NCBI GenBank assembly: GCA_963823655.1
Contig: CAWGMK010000006.1
Span: 288,001-352,000 of the forward strand
DNA: 64,000 bases
Direction: 5' to 3'
DNA from: an uncultured Bacillota bacterium
Lineage (GTDB): Bacteria > Bacillota > DTU025 > MWDF01
The notes below the pieces were generated by a model. It was not told the DNA's origin and did not search any database. It saw only the letters and a list, made by a program, of their open reading frames with translations. The number at the start of each line of letters is the position of its first letter. Positions within the stretch are counted from its first letter, which is position 1. Shown here in pieces: positions 51,899-63,645 of the stretch. The position numbers and the translations under genes were made by a program.

Positions 51899-52374
51899 TT
51901 GGTCACTCCTCCGGTTGTGTCGTTAAAACTCAATATTCCCTGGAACAACCACTCCCACAGAGATTGGGTGTACCCCGGCTTAATCACCGGTCGCTTGATC
52001 ATATCCGGGCTCGGTGGGGGAGCAAGAACGATGGGTTGACGGCCTGGGTAGCCTTTTACCACCAGATATGTGGAGGTGGTTGCATCTGTGTCGACAAAGC
52101 CAAGATCTTCAGCCCGTTTTTCCATCACATCTTGCGAGGTGAGCAGGGCCAGTTTATTGCGAGCGTCGGCGATTTTCCGCTGGCTGGTTTCTTTGGCTGC
52201 TTCCAGGGTCTGAATTTCCAGACCGGCTGTAGCTGCCTGGGCTGAGATATTCAGGTAAACCACGGCGACACAGACTGCTGCTACCAGGCCAAGCAAAAAC
52301 AGACCACTCCACTGGAGCTGGGTCCGCCAGGGGGCTTGACGATATGCCTGGATAAATCGATTGGTGAAGTCCAT
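51895..52374 (-). CDS. FtsL-like cell division protein
   Basis: Single TM plus coiled coil and EKRAEDLGF motif; lies between rsmH and the PBP gene. Confidence 0.7.
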   Translation of the reverse strand: MDFTNRFIQAYRQAPWRTQLQWSGLFLLGLVAAVCVAVVYLNISAQAATAGLEIQTLEAAKETSQRKIADARNKLALLTSQDVMEKRAEDLGFVDTDATTSTYLVVKGYPGRQPIVLAPPPSPDMIKRPVIKPGYTQSLWEWLFQGILSFNDTTGGVTK

Positions 52375-52431
52375 TTCCTACCCTGATTTCAAAAATTGTA
52401 TTACCCAAATCGTATGCAACAGTCGTGCCAG

Positions 52432-53385
52432 TTAGATTTTCTCAGCTACTCTCAGGTGAGCGCTGCGCGCTCGCGGATTTTCTTGTTTTTCTTGTTCAGA
52501 TGCATCTACCGGGTGCCGGACAATCTCGCGGATGCTGGCTTTATGACCGCATGTGCAGACCGGTTGCTGGGGTGGGCAGATGCAATCTCGGCTTTCCAGG
52601 CGAAAGTACTGCTTAACCAGGCGGTCTTCCAATGAATGAAACGAGATAACCGCTAACCTGCCGCCCACAGCCAGGGCCTTCACGGCCTGGGGTAGAACCT
52701 CTTCAATGGCTTGCAGCTCACCGTTGACGGCAATTCGCAAGGCCTGAAAGGTCCTCGTGGCGGGATGGAGCCGCCCACTCTGCCGTCCGGCTGCACGCCG
52801 GATTACCTCTGCCAGCTGCCGGGTGGTTTCCAAAGGTCTGGCCTGTACGATTACTCTGGCAATCCGGCGGGACAGCTTTTCGTCCCCGTACCGCCAGATA
52901 ATATCTGCCAGCTCATTTTCTGGCAGGTCGTTCACCAGATCGGCTGCTGTAACCGGCTGGAGGGGCGAGAACCGCATGTCCAAAGGACCATCAGATTGGA
53001 AGGAAAAACCCCGTTCGGGTGTATCAAGCTGCATCGAGGAAACACCTAAATCGATCACCACACCATCCACTTTATCCCACCCAAGCTGGTGCATTTGCTC
53101 CAGCAAGGTGGTGTAAGAAGCCTGCACGAGGACAACCCGGTCCTTAACATTTGCAAGGCGCTGGCTTGCGAGGGCCAGCGCCTGGGGATCAAGATCCAGA
53201 CCTAGTAATTTGCCATCAGGCGCACTTGCCTCTAAAATCCCCAGGGCGTGTCCCCCAGCTCCGACGGTGGCATCGATGTAACGGCCGCTGCTGTGTGGGC
53301 TTAAGAACGCTATGATTTCTTGGTAAAGTACCGATTGGTGGGCCGGTTTTTGGTGGTCGTCCAACTGATGATCGTTGTTTGTCAT
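52432..53385 (-). CDS. rsmH: 16S rRNA m4C1402 methyltransferase
   Basis: [42 protein letters not shown] and NPRARSA. Confidence 0.97.
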   Translation of the reverse strand: MTNNDHQLDDHQKPAHQSVLYQEIIAFLSPHSSGRYIDATVGAGGHALGILEASAPDGKLLGLDLDPQALALASQRLANVKDRVVLVQASYTTLLEQMHQLGWDKVDGVVIDLGVSSMQLDTPERGFSFQSDGPLDMRFSPLQPVTAADLVNDLPENELADIIWRYGDEKLSRRIARVIVQARPLETTRQLAEVIRRAAGRQSGRLHPATRTFQALRIAVNGELQAIEEVLPQAVKALAVGGRLAVISFHSLEDRLVKQYFRLESRDCICPPQQPVCTCGHKASIREIVRHPVDASEQEKQENPRARSAHLRVAEKI

Positions 53386-53826
53386 GGTTGCGGCATGGAT
53401 AGGTCGAGCGCAGCAAATCGCTGCGTATTCGCATCATCAGCGCTGATTACTTCATTTTGCCGGTCCCATACTTCTTCTGACCAGACCTCAAAGTAATCTC
53501 CTACACCCACCACCACTACATTGCTGCCTAACTTGGCCGCTTCCCGTAGATACTGTGGAATCAAAACGCGTCCGGCCCGGTCAAACTCCAACCGTTCTGC
53601 GTTTGAGAAAAGAAAACGTTTCAACTGGCGTGCATTCGGGTCGGTCATATTCATCTGGTTAACCCGTGCCGACAGGCTGGTCGAAATGGGAGGTAGTCAG
53701 GACCATCAGGTTATTATCGAAACCAGTGGTAATATAAGCGCCATCCTGGAGCAGTTCGCGATAACGGGCAGGAACAGTCATGCGTCCTTTTTCATCGATA
53801 GCGTGTTCATACTGCCCCAAGAACAT
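53382..53826 (-). CDS. mraZ: Division/cell-wall cluster transcriptional regulator (frameshift near 53690)
   Basis: [23 protein letters not shown] and DRAGRVLIP...[10 protein letters not shown]. Confidence 0.95.
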
Positions 53827-53873
53827 AATTTCTACCTTCCCTATAATGGTGGAACGCCGGGGTTACCGGCGCT

Positions 53874-53909
53874 CCACTTTCACCCACTTCATTCCACTTA
53901 TACTCACAT
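53874..53909 (-). promoter_or_regulatory. MraZ operator (GTGG direct repeats)
   Basis: AAGTGG three times at exact 10-nt period (53874, 53884, 53894) plus a degenerate ATGTGA copy, upstream of mraZ. Confidence 0.85.
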
Positions 53910-54106
53910 TGTAATGGAATCGTAAGCTTTTTACAAGTAGTTTCGACACTTTTGTAAGACGAATAATCCAGTCATCTAATAATTAAAAGTTTCGAAACAG
54001 GTGTCCAAATCGAGGGGTAAGGTGGAGCAAGAAAATAAAAATGTGGATTTTTTTTTGGAAAAATCCACAATATTTTGTCGTTGGAACTGCGTCGATAGCT
54101 TTTCTA

Positions 54107-54415
54107 TTACGATCTCCGCGGGTTCTTGCGATCATGTCTAATTCTTGGATAAGCGGTTGCAAGTTTTCTGGTATCAGTGGAGGCGTTCATTTCGACCGTA
54201 TGGCTGCGTTCCCCATCTGTGACGGTAAGGCGGTAATGGAACATGTCTGGTCCGGAGGGAGCCGCATTGAGCGACTGAGGCAAATCGAAAAAATTTGATC
54301 CATAGATCATTTCTTTCAACGGATCTGCTTTCTGAGGAGGAAGATCCTCCGTATCCAGCGTCGTTTGAACTCGCATGCCTGCAAATCCCCCATGTCGTTC
54401 AAAATAGATTTGCAT
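54107..54415 (-). CDS. Emfourin (M4in) protealysin inhibitor
   Basis: IYFERHGGFAG and PDMFHYRLTV motifs; directly downstream of a protealysin-like gene. Confidence 0.85.
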   Translation of the reverse strand: MQIYFERHGGFAGMRVQTTLDTEDLPPQKADPLKEMIYGSNFFDLPQSLNAAPSGPDMFHYRLTVTDGERSHTVEMNASTDTRKLATAYPRIRHDRKNPRRS

Positions 54416-54459
54416 GGCCGATCCTGCCTTTCTTTACTAACTACTGATCCTTAAATTAT

Positions 54460-54504
54460 TTATTATTGGCTGCGGCTGGCTGCGCCAACTGCAGCCAATA
54501 ATAA
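54460..54504. repeat. REP-like palindrome, copy A
   Basis: TTATTATTGGCTGC...GCAGCCAATAATAA hairpin; the 33-nt core matches copy B at 26 positions. Confidence 0.6.
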
Positions 54505-54532
54505 AATACTATTTTTCAAGTCAGGTTCTCAA

Positions 54533-55685
54533 TCATTTACTGGAACGCGGCCGGAACATACTAAGCAGAGAGGTCAGGCAGCCTGATGGTTGGCTGTCAC
54601 CGCCATTATTTCCGCCACCCGAATTGACGGCGGTGATGCCAACTTCGCTCCAGCCTTTCTTTACCGCCTGCTGCTCCAGGCTATTCACCCCATACAATTC
54701 ACCCGCGATCGCTGTAATATGTTGGCCGCGACTTGAAACGTAGCATTGGCAGGCAGCCTTTTTTGCATGGCGCGTACCAGATATGTCCGGCTGTTTCCCA
54801 GGCATTTCCGCCAATTCCAGCGGCGGTCACATAAAAGCGTGGTTGGGTATGCCGCAGTTAATATGCACACCGCCATTATCCTCGACTGTGTTGACATAAC
54901 CACTCATGGTTGCAGGTTGAGGATCTTTCCCCAAAACAGGGTCATCATAAGCGCTGCCAGGCGCTTTCATTGAACGCACACCCAAGCCTTTGACATTCGC
55001 CGTAAAGAGGCCTTCCCCGATAATCCAATCCGCCTCGGCCGCGGTCTGGCGGGGTATATTGTTTGGCCAGCGAACCAAACACATCCGAGAAGATCGTTCA
55101 AGGCGCCAGATTGACCGGAATATATCAGGGCAGCTTCATATTGCATAACTCCATGGGTCAGCTCATGGCCAATCACATCCAATGCAACCGTAAAGCGGTT
55201 GAAGATACGCTGGTCGACCGGTAAATCTTCATCCCCATCGCCATAAACCATCTGCTCGCCATTCCAGAAAGCATTATCAAAGCTTTTCAGGTAATGAACG
55301 GTCGAGTCAATCCGAGTCCATTATTGTCAATGGAATTCCGCTGGTAAACTGTTGGTAAAAATCATAGGTGCTTCCAGCCCCATCGTAAGCTTCATTAACA
55401 GCTGGATCCGCAACCGCAGGATCGCCTTCACGCCGGACGACCAGTCCTGGCAGCATTCCTCCTTGTTGGGCATCGTAGACAATACGCTGCTCGCCCGGAT
55501 CGCCGCTTTCGGCGACCAGATTTTCTTCGAACCGGTGCTAATCTGGTCGCGTTCATCCTGCATTTGTGATGTGATCCGCATGGTCTTAATGGCCCATTCC
55601 CGCTGGTCAGGGGTTCCGCTATCGATGATTTTCCGCATCATATAAGGTGGAATGATACAGAAAATGGGTTTATATCTGCTGACAT
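54533..55685 (-). CDS. Protealysin-like M4 metalloprotease (many frameshifts)
   Basis: Propeptide motif FCIIPPYMM, NAFWNGEQMVYGDGD, HELTH, QSGALN and DNGGVHIN. Confidence 0.88.
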
Positions 55686-55911
55686 GAGCTGCTCCTTATC
55701 CCCTGGTTCATGGTATGAAGGTTCGACGACCAGTCGGTAAACCATGCTCACTCGTTTTCAGTATAGAGCGGAGGCATGGGCGTGTCAAGGAAAGCCAGGT
55801 TTCCGCATTAAGAAGTGTTTTTTGCACCAGTTACCCGTTTCAAAACCATTTCTCCCACCCTACCTTTACGGTAGATGGGATTGACCCAAGCACTTATCCA
55901 AAAATTATTGA

Positions 55912-55950
55912 TAGTTGGTTGCGGTTGGTCGCGCCAGCCGCAACCAACTA
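55912..55950. repeat. REP-like palindrome, copy B
   Basis: TAGTTGGTTGCGG...CCGCAACCAACTA hairpin related to copy A. Confidence 0.6.
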
Positions 55951-56058
55951 AACAATACTTGTTTTCGGATAGGTTCCAATGGACCGTCCACGCTCAATAA
56001 GCCGGTTTATCTTGTATCCAGCCAGATCCAAAACGTTTGGAGCTCTGTCAGGCCAATT

Positions 56059-56533
56059 TCAAGATTTCAGTGGCTGGAGCTGATCTTTCATTTCGCGGTA
56101 AGCCCTCCTCCGGCTCTTCATGCGGAAAAATGCCCCTGCCATAAATCCTACTGCGGTAAGAGCGGCCATCCACATTTTGGTAATATCGATGACCGGTTCA
56201 ACTCGAACACCCGTGGAGATGCAATAATGACTGCAACAGGGCGAGATAGAACTCTTCCACCCCCACCACCGCCGCTGCCGCCGCCGTATGCCTGCTCGGG
56301 TTTATCGGGCTGTTTTTCGCCCACTCCACCGCCGGAGCCGAAGCCAAAACCCAGACCGCTGAGAATTTCTGCGGTGGGGATGATCATGGTGTCGCCATGG
56401 GTTACCGGTTGTCCGTAAGCGGCTTCAACCCTGGCCGCATTTAAGAATTTATCCAGTGTTTCTTTGGTGGCTTCGACTGATTCCTTCGCGTTAACATAAT
56501 TTTCGGGTCATTGTTTGGATTTGGTTCATTCAT
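56059..56533 (-). CDS. GerW/YtfJ-like protein (frameshifted)
   Basis: AAYGQPV...IIPTAE, GFGFGSGGG and GGGGGG..SRPVAVI; C-terminal hydrophobic segment. Confidence 0.72.
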
Positions 56534-56798
56534 GGTAAAACCTCCTGATAAACATTATGCCCAGGAAACCCAGGCCAACCATCATCAATTGCGCCAGGCG
56601 AGTAAATCAAGACTGCCAGGTTTTGTTCGCTGCCATCCTGTTCCTTAACCGTAACCCCTACCGGACGGTGCCAGATAAAACCCAGATGGGCTACTGGCAG
56701 CCGGATCGAAAACACCTGTGAATGGGGATAATGGTTCTATTCCCTGCGCTTACCGGGTTTCCGGTCAAGGTTTGGACTTGTACGGGAAAATCGGGCAT
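56530..56798 (-). CDS. Small hypothetical protein, distant GerW-like partner (frameshifted)
   Basis: GGAGGTGA SD; GNPVSAGNRTIIP...GFIWHRPVGVTV; abuts the next start codon. Confidence 0.55.
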
Positions 56799-56836
56799 GC
56801 GATCACCTCCCAGGTCGAATATATTATAATTGTATA

Positions 56837-56876
56837 ACAAACCACCCCCCACAAGTTTCTGTAGGGGGTGGTTTAT
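56837..56876 (-). terminator. Terminator after the S8 protease gene
   Basis: AAACCACCCC...GGGGTGGTTT inverted repeat. Confidence 0.7.
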
Positions 56877-56894
56877 CAGGCAAACTTTTCGGGT

Positions 56895-59800
56895 TTACGT
56901 ACCCGGTTCAATATCATTGATAACGATTTAATAACTGGTGATCTTCTTGGAAATGCCGTCAAGTTGTAAAGACCTTCCACCAATGGCCACTGCCGCTATC
57001 CGCTGGCAGAAGCCGATTGTGAAGGCGGCTTTTAAGTGCTGCCCTGATACACATAAACCCGAGCCTGGCTTGAGGCCAGTTTGCTCAAGTCGCTGTCGTC
57101 CAGGTAGACTGCGTAGGTGTATTTTCCGCCGATGAAGGTATCGATGGTAATTACTTCTGGACCAAAACCGGTCGTTAATTCACCCACGTTTAGCTCGGCG
57201 CCGTTTACGAACAGGTCACCGCGGTGATCATCGGCATCATACAGGTTGTATGCATTGCCGTCAACGGGCGGGAGGAACAGATGCGCATCCAGGTTCTTTG
57301 GCGTGCCGTTCCAGTACAGGATGATCCGGTATTGGGTGTCCAGCTCTGGGAATGGAACTAACCTGAAGTTGCGCGTGAGGTTGGAACCAGTGCCGACCGA
57401 GAAGGAAATCCTCTGGCGGGCATAACCAGGAGCTGAGGCTATGAGCGTATAGCTGCCGGGAATCAGACCGCGTAACTGGTAGGTACCATCTGGGGCCGTG
57501 GTGACCTGAATGGCTCGTCCTTCGATTTGGATGGTTACACCAGCCAAACCGGTTAGTCCATCGGGATCGTTGATGACGTCAGAAACCAACCCGGATACCA
57601 TAGCCGGGGTTGTGAAGGAGTAGGTGGCGGACCAGATCGAGTTCGATTCCCCGTTGAAAGCCCGTACGTGCCAATAATAAGTGCCCGCTGTAGTGAGGAA
57701 ATTGAACGGGATCGCATAAACCGATTTTTCTACGGAGATCAGATCCGCATCTTTTAGATTCGACAGACCCTTCGCGATTTGCAGTTCGTAACCGACCGCA
57801 TTCGAATCAGGATTTCCCGATATCTTCACCGAATCATACCAGTCCAGTGTCGGGCTGAAGTCACCTAGGACAGCACCATTCGACGGCAATCGAAGCACCG
57901 GGGCGTTGGGTGGGTTCAGGGTCTCAAACTGGATCGGTTCGCTCCAACCGCTGTAGCCATAAAGACCGCCTGCACGGACGCGCCAGTATAAGGAAGCCCG
58001 GCGAGGAAGGGTGTGGTCGATGTGAAGGGTGGAGAGCTCAGGGTCGTCATGGTGGTGATCAGACGGGTGCCGCCAAAGAGCTTGGTTTTATCATCAATCG
58101 TATCGCTGTCTCTTGCGACCTGGACCTGGTAAGAACGATCATCGGTGCTCTTATCCCAGGTGAAGGTGGGACGCAGTGACAGGCCGTCGACGATATCCGT
58201 GCCGGTGGGGATCGGGGGGGTGGTGTAGAAGGTCCAGATGGCTGACCAGGGCCCAACACCGGTATCCCCTACTGCACGCACGCGCCAGTAATACACACTT
58301 TCGGATTGCAGTCCGCTCAAGTCATAACTGGGTAAAACCAGCGGATCACCAGTTTCGAGGGCATCATCAGTGAGGAGTAAATCATCACCGGTGAACGTCT
58401 TGGCGGTAGCAAGCTGGACCTGGTAGCCATTGGCGGGAGGGAGGGCGGTGGTTGGCCGTTTCCAGGTAAGAGTAACACCAGTTTCCCAATAACCATAGGC
58501 TTTCAAATTGGCCGGCAGCAAAAGGGTTGGCGCACCCGGCGGGGTTGGAGAAAGGTCTGCGAAGACGAGTGCAGCTGGAGACCAATCGCTCCAGGTATAG
58601 TCGCCGAAGACGCGCACACGCCAATACAGAGTTTTATTCTTTGGCAAGTCCACTCCCGGGCGGAAGGTCGATGTGGGTATGGTTTCTCCGGAGGGTATTT
58701 TAAGTTCCGCTTTTAGCACCGTGGTCGAGAAATTCTGAACAGCGGCGATATTGATTTCATATTTTTTGGCGTTGGCGATGTCGTTCCAGTCGAAGGTGGG
58801 CCGCAGCGTATCAGTATAAAGATCCGGGGCTGGTAAGACTACCGGGTTTAGTCCGCTGATATCGATGCGGGTGTACAGGGTAAACCGGCCGCTCCAGGCG
58901 CCAAAATCCTGACCAGCAGGAGTGGTGAAGTAAGAGCGCATGCGCCAGTAATAGCGGCTGTTTTGGTCGAGAGCTGTTCCCAGGGTTGTTGTGAAGGTGG
59001 TTCCGTCGGGGATATCAACGGTCGGAAGGCTGTTCGAGAAATCGTAGTTTTTCGATAGGACTAACTGGTACCCGTCCGGTGGTGGAGTGGTGGAGGAAGG
59101 TAGTTTCCAGGTGAAGGTAGGAGTGTAATCCGAGGTAGCCAGTCCGTTGATGGGTGTTTTGAGGGTAACCAGGGGTGCACCGCTGCCGTACACCGTGAAT
59201 TGGAAGGCGCCAGAAGCGGGCCAATCTAGCCAGACATCGTTTACCTGAGGACGTACTCTCCAGAAGTAAGTGGCATTATTGGTCAGATTAGACGGGATGA
59301 CGTATTCGGTGGATGAAGTGAAGATATCCCTGACGAGATTACCAAAATTGCTGTCGCCCTTAGAGAGTTGGAGTTCGTATTGAGTTGCATCCAGGAACGA
59401 CTGCCAGACCAGGGTGGGGCGCAGAATACGGATGCTGCTCCCATCTTCAGGGCTCAACAGCCTTACGCCCTTGGTAAGCTTTTTATTGAAAGCCTCTTCC
59501 AGGTTAGGCAGCGGCCCGATTTGTTGAGCGGTTGCATCGCCACCCTGAGCCGTACCGGTACTCCGCAGGATCGAACGCACCTGGCTGGGAGAAAGGATAT
59601 AGCCGCGGTTGGTGGCTACACCCTGCAGGCTGGCGGCTGCACCAGCTACCATGGCTGCCGCTGCGGACGAGCCGCCAAATGTAGCGGTATAGGCTTCATT
59701 CGGATCGGGGTTTCCGTCCGCATCCTCGCCTTGATACAGATCGCCAAGGCCGGTGATTGGATCGATACCGGTGGTGGCAACGTTATTGCCCCATCCCTGG

Positions 59801-61041
59801 ACATCGATTTGTTTTCCATAGTTGGCGTTGCAGATTGGCTCACGGGTGACGCTGTCACCGGCCCCCACCAGAATGGCGCCGGAGTTGCGGTTGCTGCGGT
59901 TGAAGGCGCTGCCGTAAAGCGAATTATCCAGGTTGACCGCGCCGTTACCGGCAGCTTCCACCACGATAATCCCTTTCAGGGTAGCAGCATAAATCGCGTC
60001 GTAATTCGCCTGGGCATACTCGATCGGGACGCTTTCAAACCCGGCTGGATCGCAATCCGGAGGAAGAACATGGCCTTCCTTGCGCGGACCCAACATTTGG
60101 GTGGGAATTAGCAGGATATCGCCCACATTCAGATTTAATGTGGCGTCGATGATAGCCTGGGCAGGCAGCACCGAAATGGTATTGATCATTTGGAGATAGG
60201 TGGAAGGGGCAATCCCAGTCACACCGAATTCGTTCAGGCGGGCAGCCACAACGCCCAAAACAGATGTACCGTGGCTGATCCACTGCTGATCGGAAGAATT
60301 GCCGCCTTCGATGATCGAATTGGCAGAGATATTGAGATCTTCGTGTCCGATTTGCCATCCAGCGTCGATGTCGATGAGCTGGATTTTTTCGCCTTTACCA
60401 CCGGGAAGAGTCCAGGCATAGCGGGCATGGATGCCGTTACCGCTGTTTTCAAGATATCCCTGCGAACCGGTCAGGTCTCCTGGTGGAACCAATAGTGGGC
60501 TGGCGGGCAGGTAAACGGGTTCCATGTAAGCCAGTTCCACGCTCGGGTCCAACTGAATAGTCTCGAGCGTTTTCTGAGCATCCTCAAAGGTTACGTCCTG
60601 CCCCAGGTCCGCCACAACGTACCGGTCAAGCCCGGGAGCATAACTCCCGCTCTTCGCCAGGGCGGAGACTCTGGTTTCTGGTAAGACCTGCTCTGCCTGG
60701 GGAAATAAGGGTTTGAGCGCCAGATTGGGAAGAGCCTGTTGGAGCGAGGTCAACCCTGCAGCATTGGCTTGCACCCCAGTTTCGCCTTTGAATTTAATGA
60801 TAATTTGGCGGAAATTAACCCGGGCTGCATCATTGGCGGAAGTCACCGCGGGAGTTTGCGCAGGCGTGGGTGTCGCTGTTTCCGCTGGCACAGCCTGTGG
60901 ATCCGTGGGGGTCCCAGTCTGGGCGCTGCGTGGGATTGGAGCAGCAGCAACTGAAGTCAGCAGCAGGCTGGCGCTGGTTAGCAGCCCACACAGTGTGCTG
61001 AACGTGCGCTGCCTTCGCGTGATTTGGTTATTCGATTGCAT
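56895..61041 (-). CDS. Large secreted S8 serine protease with FN3-like repeats, a carboxypeptidase-regulatory-like domain and a DUF2135-like C-terminus (frameshifts near 57950 and 57030)
   Basis: Catalytic motifs IDIDAG, SHGTSVLG, AAGNG and FGGSSAA; repeated PTFxW...YxLQ...Y(Y/F)WRVR...WS units; GTYQLRGLIPGSYTL; NLDAHL...GFGPEVITI. Confidence 0.82.
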
Positions 61042-61412
61042 CTTATGCCTCCATAAAATAAATAGCCTGTTTGGGTTATTTGGGCAGGATAATATTCAGT
61101 ACGAGAGTGTCCAGAAAAGTGTTCAGCAAAGATATCCCCCACCAGTGAGAAATAACGGTAGTCTGTACCAACTCTTCTCTGGCGATGCCAGCCGGCATCC
61201 TTCCATTGGCTATTCGAAAAAGCCATTTATTGGAAAATATTATTCTGCTTTTGAAGTACACTGACGAATTGCTACCGGTAAAAAGACCCCACTACCAATA
61301 AACACGTTTTGGGTAAAACCAAAACCACTACGACTTTTCTATTATACTCCAGGAAAAATGGGCTGCTCCGCAGTGAAAGTCAAGCGGCTGCAATCCTCGT
61401 TCGGCCTGGCAG

Positions 61413-62691
61413 TTACGGCTGCAGGCGTTCGATCAGCGCTGCCAGGTAATGCGATTTCATCTGCTGCTGAGCTAAGCTGCGCTTAATCGGCGGCAGACGC
61501 AAAATCGCGCCCAGGACTGCCGCCATCGCCCGCTGGCTGCGCAGAGGTTTGCAGGTCAAAGAGGAGATCTTGAAGCTGTCCCGCTTCGCCGCCAGCACCA
61601 CTCGATGCGGCGAAGAGTTAGCGGCGTGAAGACCCGCTGCGCACGCGGCGTCATAGTGATATCGTCTGTCGCGCAGGTACCCGCGCGCAGACGCCACATC
61701 CCAGACAAATATCCTCATTCACCCGGGCTTTTTTCTTGTTGGGTGCGTTGGGATCGTGAGCCGACACCAGGGTCATCGCTTCCACCGGACAAATCGCTAC
61801 ACATTTCCCGCAGCCGTGACAGTCGTCCTCATCCACGGCAGGCATAAAATTAGTGGTGTGCAGCGGATTCAGCGATGCTCAAAACGCCGCGCCGCGATCA
61901 GCGCTTCGCAGCAGCACCCGCAGCAGTTGCAGATAAAGTTGATCCGTTCGCGGAATTTTCGCCAAACTGCACCAGGTTTTGTCATACGCCGTCTGCAGAA
62001 GATCCAGCCCTTCCGCTGATCCACCTGCCGGGCAAACCCATGTTTGATCAGCGACTGTGCGGTCCCGTTAAACGTCATGCAGATATCCAGCGGCGCATCA
62101 CAGGTTCACCACGTGCATGCATTTTGTGGCGGCAGTAGCACACGCTGACGCCCATGTGCGATCGCTTGCTTGATAACCTCGGTGGCGCGCTCATAATCCA
62201 GCACTTCCACGCCATGGGGGATCACCTCCTCGTTCACAAAAACTCGCCCCATCTGGGTCTCGCCGCTGCCGAACAAATCCCCGAAAAAATCCTCTTCGAC
62301 GTTCAGATACCGGTAATACAATTCCGCCAGCAGCTTTCTGATCAATATCGTCGCGCGGGCGCATCATCGAAAATTCGAAAAATCCAGCCATTGGCGGCGG
62401 CAGCGTATAGACCATCTCTCTCCATGAATTTCGCTATCCAGCAAGATTGCCCGGCCGGCCAATCCTTCCAAAACCACTTGTGCCTGCGCGGGGGGTACAA
62501 TCCAGGCCTGAGCAGCCTGGCGGATGGTAAACGGCTTCATCGGAAGCAGAGCAACCAGGGATGCCTCTCGGTCAGTGAAAAGGTAATTTTAAGATTTTAT
62601 AGAGTGTTTCAGTAGGAGGCGCCCCGGCCGGGAAGCGATTTAACCGTTCTGATAATCCCTCATAGCCATTTCTTAAAACATTGTGCGCCAT
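61413..62691 (-). CDS. 4Fe-4S dicluster protein with N-terminal HTH-like region (many frameshifts)
   Basis: LPPPMAGFFEFSMMR, ICNCCGCCC, CHGCGKCVAICP and CLGCGVC. Confidence 0.78.
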
Positions 62692-62744
62692 GAATACCCT
62701 CCGGAGTAATAACCCTATCGTAAATCGATCCGGCAATACCGGCT

Positions 62745-63590
62745 CTATCTGCCCGTTTTCGATTTGAAGACGGGTTGGATGCTAAAAAAGGAGAGGACTA
62801 CGGGGTAAAATCGCCCTGCTGTTTTTTTCTGCGGGTTGGCGGCAACGATGCCGCGTGTTTTCAGGCCATTTTTCTTCTTTTTTGATTTAGCGATGGTTAC
62901 AGCTGGCACCGGGTTCGTTTTAGCCTTTTCCACGCTGGCGAGATAGCTGGCCTGCTGTAGCACGATAACCAGATAGGCGATGAATAAAGTCAGGGTCAGG
63001 GCAAATAGGATAACATTGTAGAGTGACCAGCGGCCAAACGGCAGGCTGATCATCGGATTACCGATGAAAAAGACAAGGGTGTTTGCCAATATCGCAATAA
63101 CGCGCATTTCTGTCGGGCCCAGGTGGGCCCAGGAGATGCGAAATATGCCATCCACATAGGTTTTTATAAATATCAAGATGGAGAGCAGCAGGTAACCGAT
63201 CAACGCCAGGCTGGCGAGACGAAAATCTACATAGGGAGACAGGCCAATCCCCAGGAAAACAAGGACCTCAGAAACCGCATCCACCGTGTGATCGACAAAG
63301 AAGCCGTATCTGGGACGCTCAATTTTCCGGTAACGCGCCAGGCTGCCGTCCAAACTATCCCCAAACCAATTGAGCAGGAATGCGAAACTTGCCAGCCATA
63401 AAAACCAACTGCTGATGTTGGTCAACCAATAACTGACGAAAATCAGGATGCTGGCAAGGAATCCCAGTATCGTGAGAAAATCAGGCGTGACCCATTGAGG
63501 CATGTGGGCAGCCAACCAGACTAAGGCCGGCCTTTCAATCGGACCTAATAAAATATCGTTGACACGCTTTTCTCCGGATAGATCTGCCAT
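62745..63590 (-). CDS. CDP-alcohol phosphatidyltransferase family protein
   Basis: TPDFLT and DSLDGSLAR...GFFVDHTVD signature. Confidence 0.9.
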   Translation of the reverse strand: MADLSGEKRVNDILLGPIERPALVWLAAHMPQWVTPDFLTILGFLASILIFVSYWLTNISSWFLWLASFAFLLNWFGDSLDGSLARYRKIERPRYGFFVDHTVDAVSEVLVFLGIGLSPYVDFRLASLALIGYLLLSILIFIKTYVDGIFRISWAHLGPTEMRVIAILANTLVFFIGNPMISLPFGRWSLYNVILFALTLTLFIAYLVIVLQQASYLASVEKAKTNPVPAVTIAKSKKKKNGLKTRGIVAANPQKKTAGRFYPVVLSFFSIQPVFKSKTGR

Positions 63591-63645
63591 AATCAGGTAA
63601 TGTCTCTCCATTAATTGGTTTGATGCTGCGCATCGATTTGAAACA

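Noticed and set aside
4910-62691. Many split genes as pseudogenes or programmed frameshifts
   Set aside because: The breaks hit essential genes (dnaE, murF, ftsI, mraY) and often fall in homopolymers, which is typical of uncorrected long-read indels.
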